From an uncultured bacterium (GTDB lineage Bacteria; Hydrothermota; UBA3072), in contig CAYZBF010000006.1 of the NCBI GenBank assembly GCA_964476585.1, forward strand, positions 4,429 to 68,428: 64,000 nucleotides of DNA, in the 5' to 3' direction. This document shows positions 26,923 through 36,574 of this stretch, in pieces. The notes under the pieces were generated by a model. That model did no database searches, had not been told where the DNA came from, and worked only from the letters and a program-made list of their open reading frames with translations. Each line of letters opens with the position of its first letter. Within the stretch, counting starts at the first letter, position 1. A program made the translations under genes and the position numbers.

Positions 26923-28055
26923 GAATAATTCCTGTAATTACGTACCGTCGTGAATGAGTCTTGATTCTGGATTACTTCCAGAATACCTTCTGCGATCTCG
27001 TCCGGATTAAAACCACAACATATACCTTGTGAACCGATAAGTTCTTCTATTTCCTTATTAGTGGTAACCGCAACGATAGGGATTCTGGATCTAAGATATT
27101 CATAGAGTTTTCCCGGAATTATCTCATTATCCTGTTCAACTTGTGTCCCCAGAAGTATGAGAATATCCGAATCAAAGAGTTCTATCAGTGCTTTCTGGTG
27201 GGGTAGGTAACCTGTGGGTATAAACCTATTAAGTCCAACCTTTTTTGCCCTTCTATCGAGACCTCCTCCACTGGAGTGGCCTATATGTTTAAACACTATC
27301 CTATTTTTGATACCGGGTTTTATCTTGAATAGTTCTCGTAGGCCTTCAAAAATGTAATCAGGAGTAATAAGATTATTAAATGTTCCCATATACGTTATCA
27401 TAATATCGTTATCACGAACCCTTTTCGGAATTTTAGGAAAGCTCTCTTCATTATATCCGTTTCTTACTAAATAGAACTCCCTTGAGTGTTCGGGATATCG
27501 AGACTTTAGATATTCTAGATGATTTCTTGTCACTGTGACACAGGCGGAAGCCTGTTCTATAGAATACCTCTCCAGTGTCATTGCGAGTTTTTCTTCCCAC
27601 TTAAATGTATATTTACCGAGGTAACCCCCTGTCCAAGGATCCCTGAAATCAATAATCCAGGGGATGTTCCTTATAGAGAATCCAGAAAGAAGCAGAGAGA
27701 AAGGTGGACAGGTAGTCACCACAACATCCATACTTTCAAGGCTTCTTTTTAGGTTAGGTAACCAGGAAACTTTGTTATCCGGGAAAGAAAAGTAGTCTCG
27801 TCTCCCCATACCTGGTGTGGAGATTCTACTTGGCATAAGATGCAAGGGATCAGGAGAGAAGGACCTAATAATGTTAAGAGAAGAATCTTCTAAGTTCTTT
27901 TCTCTCGGGTATCCAGGTGGGGGATATGTAGTAAATATCTTGACCATCCATCCCATCCTCTTTAGATATCTTGGAAGATAAAAAGTCCGCTGGATACCCC
28001 CCATTCCCATTGGTGGAAAGTAGTAGGCAATCCAGCCTATTGTTGGTTTATACGT
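26871..28055 (-). CDS. Glycosyltransferase family 4-like; N-terminus extends upstream of the annotated ATG 28010 (candidate ACG start at 28055)
   Basis: In-frame upstream codons read TYKPTIGWIAYYFPPMGMGGIQR, the usual YYFPP..G..R N-terminal motif; WIIDFRDPW, IPGKLYEY. Confidence 0.8.
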   Translation of the reverse strand, partial: TYKPTIGWIAYYFPPMGMGGIQRTFYLPRYLKRMGWMVKIFTTYPPPGYPREKNLEDSSLNIIRSFSPDPLHLMPSRISTPGMGRRDYFSFPDNKVSWLPNLKRSLESMDVVVTTCPPFSLLLSGFSIRNIPWIIDFRDPWTGGYLGKYTFKWEEKLAMTLERYSIEQASACVTVTRNHLEYLKSRYPEHSREFYLVRNGYNEESFPKIPKRVRDNDIMITYMGTFNNLITPDYIFEGLRELFKIKPGIKNRIVFKHIGHSSGGGLDRRAKKVGLNRFIPTGYLPHQKALIELFDSDILILLGTQVEQDNEIIPGKLYEYLRSRIPIVAVTTNKEIEELIGSQGICCGFNPDEIAEGILEVIQNQDSFTTVRNYRNYSWVNHAKEYSKLLLSVL

Positions 28056-28072
28056 TCAAATTTCCCTTTTTC

Positions 28073-28819
28073 CTACTTAGTAAGTCCCTTCAAGAATGGT
28101 TTAAAAAGATCTATCGGTATAGGGAACAGAGTGGTAGAATTATGCTCTGCAGCAATCTCGTTCAAGGTCTGCAGGTATCTGAGTTGAATTGTAATAGGAG
28201 ATTGTTCCATAAGTTTAGCTGCTGCTACCAACTTTTCTGCAGCTTGATATTCTCCCATTGCATTAATAACCTTTGCTCTTCTATCTCTTTCTGCCTCTGC
28301 CTGGCGTGCCATTGAACGTTGCATATCAGCCGGAAGACCAACATGTTTGATTTCAACCATTGCAACCTTTATACCCCAGGGGTCTGTTTCCTTATCTATG
28401 ATACTCGCTAACTGTTTATTGAGTTTTTCGCGTTCTGAGAGGAGTTCGTCCAATTCTGCACTACCTACAACACTGCGTAGGGTCGTCTGTGCTATCTGAG
28501 AAGTTGCAAACAGGTAATCTTCTACCTCAATTATCGCCTTTCCTGCATCCATTACTCTGAAATATACCACAGCATTCACCTCAACCGATACATTATCTCT
28601 TGTTATTACATCCTGGGTCGGCACATCGTAGGTAACCACACGAAGACCAACACGCATTATCTTCTCTATAAACGGGATGATCAAAACGAACCCCGGACCC
28701 CTTATACCAACGAATCTACCGAGTCGAAATACAACTGCCCTCTCATATTCTTGCAAGATATTGATTGCATTTCCCAAGAGTATGAGAACTATTACACCAA
28801 CAACTACGAAAGCAAGCAT
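28073..28819 (-). CDS. Slipin/stomatin-like SPFH protein
   Basis: [38 protein letters not shown]. Confidence 0.93.
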   Translation of the reverse strand: MLAFVVVGVIVLILLGNAINILQEYERAVVFRLGRFVGIRGPGFVLIIPFIEKIMRVGLRVVTYDVPTQDVITRDNVSVEVNAVVYFRVMDAGKAIIEVEDYLFATSQIAQTTLRSVVGSAELDELLSEREKLNKQLASIIDKETDPWGIKVAMVEIKHVGLPADMQRSMARQAEAERDRRAKVINAMGEYQAAEKLVAAAKLMEQSPITIQLRYLQTLNEIAAEHNSTTLFPIPIDLFKPFLKGLTK

Positions 28820-30078
28820 TATTCCTCCTTTTTTCTAACCTTTAGTCTTAACCGATTGACTTCTACCACCTCCACCTCTTCCCCTTCTTTAATCTTTTCA
28901 CTTGATTTGGCATTCCAGTATTCTCCATGGATAAAAACCTTACCTCCGGTGGAGTCTATATCGCTCTCTGCCATTCCCACTTCACCAATAAGGCCTTCCT
29001 GTCCCGTAGACGGTCTGCGCCTCATTGCTCTTATCGTCGCCCCTAATGCAAATAAAAAGAATGCAGCAGTTGTTCCCACTACAGCGATGATTATCGGCAT
29101 GGATATTTGCAAAAACGGCGCATTAGTGTTTAACAACATCATAGAACCTAATACCATAGCAACTATTCCTCCTATCGCCAATGGTCCGTAAGTAGGAGTA
29201 AGAACCTCCATAACAAACATAGCAATCCCGAGAACAATCAACCCAACTCCGGTATAATTAATCGGCAATGTCTGGAAGGCAAAGAATGCCAAAACAAGAG
29301 AAAGGGCTCCAAGAAGACCAGGTACAATAGCACCAGGATGAGTTATCCCAAATATTAATCCATAGAACCCTAATATGAATAAAATATATGCTATATTAGG
29401 ATTGGATATCAATTTCAAAAATTCTTCTCTCCAATTCATTGGAATTTCTTCTTTTTTTGCATCCCTTGTATTAAGTTTTTTTACATGGTTGGGTAATTTG
29501 ACTTCCATTCCATCAATCTTTTCTAAAAGCTCATCAACTGATTCAGAAATAACATCGATCACACCAAGTTCTAAAGCTTCTTCCGAAGTAGCAGACACCG
29601 ACTTACGAACGGCGTCCTCAGCCCAGTCAGCATTTCTGTTCTTTTTCTCTGCAATAGAGCGAATGTAAGCCGCTGCATCCTGTGTCATCTTCTCCTTCAT
29701 TGTCTCATCAACACCTTTTCCCTCTTCCCCTCCAGGACTAATAGCAACTGGATGAGCTGCACCAATATTCGTGCCAGGTGTCATAGCTGCTATATGAGCA
29801 GCTAACGTAATGAATACACCTGCTGAAGCATCCCTTGCACCTGAAGGATACACATAAATAATTATAGGAATAGAAGCGTTCAATTCCTCCTTGATTATAT
29901 CTCTCATCGCCTCATCTAATCCACCTGGTGTATCAATGAGAAAGATTAATGCTTCTGCCCTATCATTTTCTGCCTTTTCGATCACGCGTGATACATAGTT
30001 AGCTGTAATAGGGCCAATTATACCCTCAATTTTCCCTATTATCACAGAACTTCCAAAGAGTAACAAAAGAAAACTCAT
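28819..30078 (-). CDS. nfeD: NfeD family membrane-bound serine protease
   Basis: [24 protein letters not shown]-terminal OB fold ([12 protein letters not shown]); partner of the slipin gene. Confidence 0.92.
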   Translation of the reverse strand: MSFLLLLFGSSVIIGKIEGIIGPITANYVSRVIEKAENDRAEALIFLIDTPGGLDEAMRDIIKEELNASIPIIIYVYPSGARDASAGVFITLAAHIAAMTPGTNIGAAHPVAISPGGEEGKGVDETMKEKMTQDAAAYIRSIAEKKNRNADWAEDAVRKSVSATSEEALELGVIDVISESVDELLEKIDGMEVKLPNHVKKLNTRDAKKEEIPMNWREEFLKLISNPNIAYILFILGFYGLIFGITHPGAIVPGLLGALSLVLAFFAFQTLPINYTGVGLIVLGIAMFVMEVLTPTYGPLAIGGIVAMVLGSMMLLNTNAPFLQISMPIIIAVVGTTAAFFLFALGATIRAMRRRPSTGQEGLIGEVGMAESDIDSTGGKVFIHGEYWNAKSSEKIKEGEEVEVVEVNRLRLKVRKKEE

Positions 30079-30085
30079 AATATTA

Positions 30086-30113
30086 ATACTATTCCCTTTA
30101 ATTCAAAAGTCAA
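30086..30113 (-). promoter_or_regulatory. Sigma70 promoter placed for leaderless translation of nfeD
   Basis: Minus strand TTGACT-N16-TAGTAT-N7-ATG; no Shine-Dalgarno sequence. Confidence 0.6.
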
Positions 30114-30136
30114 CCCTCGCCAGAGGCACCTCTGGC

Positions 30137-30540
30137 TCGTCTTGAGTCAATAGTCTTCAGAGGCTGTGCCAAAATTAAATAATGACCTTCTTAAGATAAA
30201 AAAATGCGATTCTTTAAGCGAGGGTTCCCCGTTCGCAAAATCCTCTCGGAGGCCGAGAGCGGAAGCAGCGATTTCCGAACGGAGATCTCGAGCAAAAAAA
30301 CATATCTGGGAAAAGCAAATATTAGTGTTTTGGCACAGCCTCTTAAGTCACTAGTCTCAGTACAAAATAAGTAACTAGGGGTTAGGATTTTGGGATTGGG
30401 ATTTAGTTAAGAAATGGAATACTTTAGCCTCGTTTTTATAGCTTATAATTAAATTCCAACCTCTAAACCCTAAGTCCCAAATACTAACTTTTGTCCCCCG
30501 TCTCCGGTCTTCTGTCAATTTTCATTCTTCAATTTTCAAT
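30137..30540. repeat. Multiple degenerate 7-nt arrays around the MITE
   Basis: TCGTCTT GAGTCAA TAGTCTT to the left and AAGTCAC TAGTCTC to the right; TTAGGAT/TTGGGAT array versus CCCTAAG/TCCCAAA array; AATTTTC ATTCTTC AATTTTC. Confidence 0.6.
30159..30343. mobile_element. MITE-like element (185 bp) with 16-bp perfect terminal inverted repeats
   Basis: AGAGGCTGTGCCAAAA (30159-30174) and TTTTGGCACAGCCTCT (30328-30343); identical ends at 60987 and 61406; no transposase. Confidence 0.8.
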
Positions 30541-30822
30541 GAGTGAAGTCATAGTGACTTCACGTTTCTATGCCCTGACAGCATAGAATATAGGATTAAA
30601 ATCGAAGTTATCCATTTTAAAAACCATGTCTTAGTTATATTAATCGTAAAAAACATTCAAAATTAACCAACTGATTATTAGCTAAATATCTTCGTGATGG
30701 GAAGGAATCTAATAATAGAGATATTCAATTGTAGAAAATTCTTGACAAAATAAGATCTTTATATAAATTAATAGAGACGGATAAAAGTAAGCCGGATATT
30801 AAGGCTTTGAAGGAGATAAGTA

Positions 30823-32193
30823 TTGAAATATAAACTTTTAATAATTGACGATGATGAAGAACTCTTAGAATTACTTAAAAAAAACCTAAAGAGTGAGTTT
30901 ATCGTCGCCACAGCTACTAAAGCAAAAGATGGCCTTAAGCAGTTTAGCGTTGTGAATTTTGATGTGGCATTGATTGATGTGGTATTACCTGACATGAACG
31001 GAATAGATTTGTCAAAAGAAATGAAAAATATGGATTCTGATTTTCCAATTGTAGTCATGACTGGCCACGCTTCTGTCGACCTTGCGGTCAGGGCAATGAA
31101 AATAGGGGCTTTCTATTTTGTTGAGAAACCCACTAGCCCAAAAGCACTTAAAGAAATATTAAAAAGGGCAATCGAGCAAACTAATCTTCTTAAAAACTAC
31201 CAATCCCTTCGGAAGGTTGCTGAAGAGAAATATAGTTTTTCCGGAATATTAGGTAAAAGTAGAGAGATGCTGGATGTATTTGAACTTATTGAAAGGGTAG
31301 CAACTGCTGAAGCTACAGTCCTAATCGAAGGAGAATCTGGAACCGGTAAGGAACTTGTTGCAAAGGCAATTCACTTTAATTCCCCACGGAAAGATAATCG
31401 ATTTGTAGCAATCAATTGCAGCGCATTACCAGAGTCTCTGCTTGAAAGTGAATTATTTGGATATACAAAAGGAGCATTTACAGGAGCTAACAAAAATAAA
31501 GAGGGATTGTTCGAAGTAGCGAACGGAGGGACGATTTTCCTTGATGAGATTGTGCAGACATCAACCACATTTCAATCTAAATTACTAAGGGTATTAGAGG
31601 ACGGAACATTTTACCCTATCGGCTCCACAGAAGAGAAAAAAGCTAACACGAGGATAATCGCGGCAACAAACAGAATTATAGAAGAGGCTGTTGAAGAAGG
31701 GACCTTTAGAGAGGATCTTTTCTATCGATTAAATGTAGTAAAGATACATCTTCCTCCACTTCGGGAAAGAAAGGGTGATACTCCTTTGCTTATAAATCAT
31801 TTCCTTGACATTTATTCTAAAAAGGACCACAAGGAAATTAAAAATACTTCCCAGGAAGCTATAGAAGTTCTAATACGTTATTCCTGGCCGGGGAATGTGA
31901 GAGAACTGGAGAATGCCATAGAAAGAGCTGTAATAATCTGCCAGGAGGACACAATATTACCTGAACATCTTCCAGAGAGGGTAGTAAAAGGAGAAGAACA
32001 GGAACCTTCCAATATTCTCGATTTCGAAGAAGCTAAAGAGGTCTTTGAAAAGAAGTATCTCAGAAACTTACTGAAGACATCTGGTGGTAATGTAAGTAAA
32101 GCTGCTAAAACCGCAGGAATGACAAGACAGAATGTTTATATAAAGCTAAATAAATATAGTATAAATCCAAAGATCTATTACCCAAGAGAATAG
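30823..32193 (+). CDS. Sigma-54-dependent response regulator (NtrC family)
   Basis: Receiver domain (IDDD, D-V-V-L-P-D, KP), GESGTGKE, GAFTGA, WPGNVRELEN, Fis-type HTH; TTG start after AAGGAG. Confidence 0.93.
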   Translation: MKYKLLIIDDDEELLELLKKNLKSEFIVATATKAKDGLKQFSVVNFDVALIDVVLPDMNGIDLSKEMKNMDSDFPIVVMTGHASVDLAVRAMKIGAFYFVEKPTSPKALKEILKRAIEQTNLLKNYQSLRKVAEEKYSFSGILGKSREMLDVFELIERVATAEATVLIEGESGTGKELVAKAIHFNSPRKDNRFVAINCSALPESLLESELFGYTKGAFTGANKNKEGLFEVANGGTIFLDEIVQTSTTFQSKLLRVLEDGTFYPIGSTEEKKANTRIIAATNRIIEEAVEEGTFREDLFYRLNVVKIHLPPLRERKGDTPLLINHFLDIYSKKDHKEIKNTSQEAIEVLIRYSWPGNVRELENAIERAVIICQEDTILPEHLPERVVKGEEQEPSNILDFEEAKEVFEKKYLRNLLKTSGGNVSKAAKTAGMTRQNVYIKLNKYSINPKIYYPRE

Positions 32194-32198
32194 TATTC

Positions 32199-33173
32199 TT
32201 ACCACAATTTCATAACTCTTCGCGCGAGAACCATGGTCTTTTCTGCTTCATGCCTTGCTTTTTTTGCACCTTCGTTTAGAACCTTCACGACATCAACTTC
32301 CCGTTCGATTCTTTTTCTTTCCTTTCGAAATGGCTCTAAAAAATCATTAAGTAAATCAGCAGTCTCTTTTTTGCATGCCACGCAACCACGACCACCTTTT
32401 TTACATTCTCTCTCTAATTCTTTTATATCAGGAACTTCCATGGCTTTAAGATAGGCAAAGACTACGCAGCCTTCGGGATGACCAAGGTCATCCTTCCTTA
32501 TCTTAATAGGATCAGTATAGGCAGATGTAATCTTTTCCTCCACTACTTCAGGTGAATCGGATAGATATATAGCATTGTTTAAGGATTTCGACATCTTCTG
32601 CCCATCCAACCCTGGAATCCTTGGAGCTTCTGATAGCACAGGCTCTACCTCAGGAAAAACCTCACCATATTGATCATTAAACCTTCTCCCCAGCTCCCTT
32701 GTAAGTTCGAGATGAGGAAGTTGATCCTCTCCGATTGGAACCTTATTGGCTCTGTAAATCAGCACATCCGAGGCCTGAAGCACTGGATACCCAAGAAGGC
32801 CATAGGATAATCTCTCCTGAAGACCTTCATCTCTTGCCATATCTTTGACAGTGGGATTTCTCTGTAGCCTGGGAACTGTTATGAGCATTGATAGGAGTAG
32901 GTGGAGTTCAGCATGCTGTTTTACATCAGACTGAACGAAAAGAATCGATCTCTCTGGATCAATACCAACAGAAATCCAATCGATAGCTGTATTTATTATT
33001 CTCTCCTTTAAACACTCCGTTTCATTGTATTTCGTAGTGAGTGTATGCCAGTCAGCTATCTCATAGAAGGTTTCGTATTCGCCCTGAAATTTTACCCAGT
33101 TCTTGAGAGCACCAAAATAATTACCAATATGGACCTTCCCGGTCGGTCGGAGACCACTCAATATCCTCTGCAT
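32199..33173 (-). CDS. trpS: Tryptophan--tRNA ligase
   Basis: SGLRPTGKVHIGNY, YPVLQASD, GEDQLPH, KMSKS. Confidence 0.97.
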   Translation of the reverse strand: MQRILSGLRPTGKVHIGNYFGALKNWVKFQGEYETFYEIADWHTLTTKYNETECLKERIINTAIDWISVGIDPERSILFVQSDVKQHAELHLLLSMLITVPRLQRNPTVKDMARDEGLQERLSYGLLGYPVLQASDVLIYRANKVPIGEDQLPHLELTRELGRRFNDQYGEVFPEVEPVLSEAPRIPGLDGQKMSKSLNNAIYLSDSPEVVEEKITSAYTDPIKIRKDDLGHPEGCVVFAYLKAMEVPDIKELERECKKGGRGCVACKKETADLLNDFLEPFRKERKRIEREVDVVKVLNEGAKKARHEAEKTMVLARRVMKLW

Positions 33174-33296
33174 TCAACCTCCTTTAAGTGCATTCAAAAC
33201 AAGAATTAATCCAAGTATTATAAGAAACAAAAGAATAAGCCAAAGGGTGGATCTTGGTTTATATTCTCTTTTCGGAAATCGTTTACGTAACTTCAT
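33174..33296 (-). CDS. Small unannotated single-TM protein, 40 aa (MKLRKRFPKREYKPRSTLWLILLFLIILGLILVLNALKGG)
   Basis: Fills the gap between two co-oriented genes; basic N-terminus plus TM helix; its TGA abuts the trpS ATG and its last codons supply AAAGGAGG. Confidence 0.65.
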   Translation of the reverse strand: MKLRKRFPKREYKPRSTLWLILLFLIILGLILVLNALKGG

Positions 33297-33304
33297 CTTT
33301 CACT

Positions 33305-34498
33305 CTACCTGACAGGGAGTAGCCTGAAATCCAATATTGTTACATTGCCCTCGGTTATTTCAGCGATAGAAGTCCTAGGAAAATAATCTTTAGCTGTTGT
33401 CTGGATTATATAATCCCCTGGTGGAAGGACTGTTCTATAACTTCCCGTATTGTGATCTGTATAGATTCTCTTATCCAGAGAATTCTTTATATGAAGACTA
33501 GCGTGCAGTGGCTTATCGGATTCTGCATCTAAAACTTTGCCTTCTATCACACCAAAAGCCTTCCTGTCTCGTATAGTCAAAAGTAGCTCAGTATCTTTTT
33601 TGAGGATTATCGTAGTATCTACAGGGATACAATTTTTAGCATATATAGATAATGGATACATACCTTCAGAAAGTTCAAATTCTATTTCTCCCCCATTTAT
33701 CTCAAAACTACCTGAATCAGCTAATGAGAGTAAACCGTTAGCTGGCGTTCCTTTCTCATCCAAGAGTATTATCCTCAAAGCGATAAGTTTCTCGGTGGTT
33801 TGAAACTTTTCTTTTGATAAGACACCAAATGATATCTTCCAAGGCGGACTTCCAATGCTCCCTGTATTTACGCCAACCTTTTCCAGTTCCGGGATTACTT
33901 CTGTTTCCCGAGATAGACGAAAATCAATTCCAAAGAAAAGAGCAAACAACTTCCACTTTAAGAAAGTCACATTTGGAGATATATAAATTGAGGAAATATC
34001 GTGACCTCCTCCATTATATTTCTCAAAAGATAAGTCTATACCAAATGTTAAAGTATCCGGGTTGAATCTCATCTCTGTATTGAATAAGATTTTCTTGATA
34101 TCAGGTTCCGTTTCAAATGTAATAAATTGCCCATTAACTCTAGTATAAGTACTGAATATCTTGCTTTCAAGACCTATCCCTATTCCATAGCCATATCCAT
34201 CTATGGAAAAACTCCTCTGCAACCCTTTACTTCCTATTGGGAATTGGACCAATGGAAAAAGACTCAAGCCCAAACCCAAAACATCCCTCTTTACCCCTAA
34301 ACCAAGGATTAAGTCTGAAAGAGCTATTTCAACACGGGAAGAGGAAAAATTACTTCCCCCTCCTAACTCAATAAATACTTCATACCATTCACTCTCCTGT
34401 GAAAGCGAAAAATTTAAGTCCTGAGCATAAAGTCCTTCAGACTTAAAAGAACTGAGTTTTATGTTACTGTAAAGAATTGACAAAAAAAGAAGTATCAC
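33305..34498 (-). CDS. Secreted/outer-membrane protein with carboxypeptidase-regulatory-like (PEGA-type) C-terminal domains
   Basis: Signal-like N-terminus, beta-rich middle, IEGKVLDAESDKPL...GSYRTVLPPGDY.I...A.DY. Confidence 0.65.
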   Translation of the reverse strand: MILLFLSILYSNIKLSSFKSEGLYAQDLNFSLSQESEWYEVFIELGGGSNFSSSRVEIALSDLILGLGVKRDVLGLGLSLFPLVQFPIGSKGLQRSFSIDGYGYGIGIGLESKIFSTYTRVNGQFITFETEPDIKKILFNTEMRFNPDTLTFGIDLSFEKYNGGGHDISSIYISPNVTFLKWKLFALFFGIDFRLSRETEVIPELEKVGVNTGSIGSPPWKISFGVLSKEKFQTTEKLIALRIILLDEKGTPANGLLSLADSGSFEINGGEIEFELSEGMYPLSIYAKNCIPVDTTIILKKDTELLLTIRDRKAFGVIEGKVLDAESDKPLHASLHIKNSLDKRIYTDHNTGSYRTVLPPGDYIIQTTAKDYFPRTSIAEITEGNVTILDFRLLPVR

Positions 34499-35370
34499 TC
34501 TCCTTGAACCTTTTTATAAGTTTTAGTCTTAATTCCCCAACTCATATATTTTGTATTGTACGCAATCCCCACTTTTTCATCCCTATCCACTATTATAATT
34601 CCGAAATCAGCGTCTATTTCCTTTATTACTTTTTCTGCCGCATATTCAGCATTATGTTCAGCAAGAAGATCGTTTGCCGTCTTTGCTACCATATGCCTCA
34701 TAATGCCTTCTCCATGTCCGGTTACCGCAACGGCTCCCAACTCCCCTGCATATATTCCCCCCCCAATCATAGGTGTATCACCCACTCTTCCAGGGAGATG
34801 AAACATTATACCTCCTGTAGAAAGGGCAGCTGCCATTCCGCCGAAACGGTCGAGTGCTACGGCACCTACAGTTTCTAAGGAGTACAAACGACGCATCTTT
34901 TCAATATCCTTATAATAACTACTTCCTTTTGTACTATTCTTCTTAAATAATTCCTTCATCTGTTCTGTTAGAGGATTATATTCTCTGTAACCCATAAGCC
35001 TTGCAAAACGAGTTGCCCCTTCGCCAACAAGCATCAGATGCTCAGTTTCTTTCGCAACATCTCTTGCCACCTTCACCGGATTCTTTACATCTCTTATTGC
35101 TGCAACTGCCCCAAAGAGCCCATCAGATCTCATTATCGAAGCATCCATCTCAACGTCTCCTTCAAGATTAGGCACAGAACCTGTTCCAGCATTGAAACAG
35201 GGGGCATCTTCCATCACCATGACGGCTCTTATTACCGCATTAAGGGCTTCTTCACCTTCTTTTAACAGAACAAATCCCGCTTCAAGAGACTCGCCTAAAT
35301 ATTCCTCTCTCTCCTCAATATTACGTATTTTCTTTCCAGCTCCACCATGAATTACAAGTATTGGTTCCAT
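34495..35370 (-). CDS. Isoaspartyl peptidase/L-asparaginase (Ntn hydrolase)
   Basis: IHGGAG, FNAGTGS, EMDASIM, ETVGAVALD (nucleophile Thr), GRVGDTP, TGHGE. Confidence 0.92.
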   Translation of the reverse strand: MEPILVIHGGAGKKIRNIEEREEYLGESLEAGFVLLKEGEEALNAVIRAVMVMEDAPCFNAGTGSVPNLEGDVEMDASIMRSDGLFGAVAAIRDVKNPVKVARDVAKETEHLMLVGEGATRFARLMGYREYNPLTEQMKELFKKNSTKGSSYYKDIEKMRRLYSLETVGAVALDRFGGMAAALSTGGIMFHLPGRVGDTPMIGGGIYAGELGAVAVTGHGEGIMRHMVAKTANDLLAEHNAEYAAEKVIKEIDADFGIIIVDRDEKVGIAYNTKYMSWGIKTKTYKKVQGE

Positions 35371-35462
35371 AATGGAAAATCTATAAAAAACAACTCAAAT
35401 GTCAAGCATTTAGCCCCGAGAACCAAAATATCATCCATTTAGTGTGTTGGCAGGTCAGTCAG

Positions 35463-35567
35463 TTTGGACTTCTGACGTCGGACTTTGGACTTCGGACTAT
35501 TAAATAGTCTCAGATGAGCATTGATAATCTAGTATCCAGAACCTAAGACCCAGGACCTAAGACCTAA
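35463..35567. repeat. 7-nt tandem arrays upstream of tRNA-Leu
   Basis: TTTGGAC TTCTGAC GTCGGAC TTTGGAC TTCGGAC (35463-35497); AACCTAA GACCCAG GACCTAA GACCTAA (35540-35567). Confidence 0.75.
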
Positions 35568-35610
35568 TATGCTCTTGACTTAAAAAAATGACTTAATATA
35601 TTAATGGTAA

Positions 35611-35696
35611 GCCGGAGTGGCGGAACTGGTAGACGCGGCGGACTCAAAATCCGTTGTCCTTTACAGGACTTGTGGGTTCAACTCCCTCCTCCGGCA
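35611..35696 (+). tRNA. tRNA-Leu(CAA)
   Basis: Acceptor GCCGGAG/CTCCGGC, anticodon loop CTCAAAA, long variable arm; preceded by TTGACT-N16-TATATT. Confidence 0.95.
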
Positions 35697-35720
35697 TTTT
35701 TATTTACAAAGTAAATAAAA

Positions 35721-35995
35721 GTTAATTAGTTAATTTGTTAATTAGTTGATTAGTAAAATAGACATTATGGATTCCTAAAAGTTAAAACAATCAAAGTTCA
35801 AAAGCTCTACTCCAGAATCGAAACCCAAAGATTAAGACTTTGACTTTTGAACACTTCAGTTGAGTAAATGCAGATTCAAGCATATGAACATAAAGAAATT
35901 ACAAGGTAATTTGTTGAATTTGAGTAAGTAATTTTGAAAATGATAAAAGATTAAGGAGATTAGACCAATTAACCAATTTACTAATTAACTATTAT
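35721..35995. repeat. Inverted 8-nt arrays enclosing inverted 7-nt repeats
   Basis: TTAATTAG TTAATTTG TTAATTAG TTGATTAG near 35722-35753 versus ACCAATTA ACCAATTT ACTAATTA near 35964-35990; internal TCAAAGT/CAAAAG versus GACTTTG/ACTTTTGA. Confidence 0.6.
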
Positions 35996-36013
35996 ACTAT
36001 TGCTCCATCTTAT

Positions 36014-36229
36014 TTATTCTGCTTCAATAATTTCCTTCGCTTCTTCCAGTTTGTCCTTAGTCACAAGTATTTTAACCTCTCCCAATCCATCTGTGGTTAT
36101 AGCAGCAATTTTCCCAAAAGCATCCTGCTTAAGGTAAACCTCTATCCCTGAGGACTCCAGTTTACCCCTTATAATCTCTGCTTCTAAAGGATCCTTCCTT
36201 GTGAGTTCTACCCATTCCTCATTATTCAT
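36014..36229 (-). CDS. DUF2007-like putative signal-transducing protein
   Basis: EAEIIRGKLESSGI...GEVKILV...LEEAKEII pattern. Confidence 0.75.
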   Translation of the reverse strand: MNNEEWVELTRKDPLEAEIIRGKLESSGIEVYLKQDAFGKIAAITTDGLGEVKILVTKDKLEEAKEIIEAE

Positions 36230-36329
36230 AGGTAAAAAGTATAAAAAAACTTACCAATGTCAATACTTTTATTTTAGCAATAGCGGAATGATGGAGGTCG
36301 ATATGTCCGTAAGTTAGAGTATAGGTTGA

Positions 36330-36490
36330 ACCGTTGGTGAGTTGGTCAGTTAGCTTTCAAGCCCAATATTGACAATAGACAGCCAATTTCTATTGTACAG
36401 TTTGAATTCTTTATATTATATTAAATATGAAAGTCACTCGTCTTTGGGGTCTGCCTCGATTAAACTGACTAACCGACTAACCAATTTACT
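36330..36490. repeat. Inverted 8-nt arrays
   Basis: GTTGGTGA GTTGGTCA GTTAG near 36333-36353 versus ACTGACTA ACCGACTA ACCAATTT near 36464-36488. Confidence 0.6.
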
Positions 36491-36574
36491 TGATTTTTTA
36501 TTATACTTGACAGTAGAAAAATTTAAAGTTATAATAGAAACAGTCGATTCAAGAAAATTTAAAAGGAGGAAAAA

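Noticed and set aside
35868-35910. Possible four-helix-bundle N-terminal remnant (MQIQAYEHKEITR) between inverted octamer arms
   Set aside because: Too short and too divergent to distinguish from chance.
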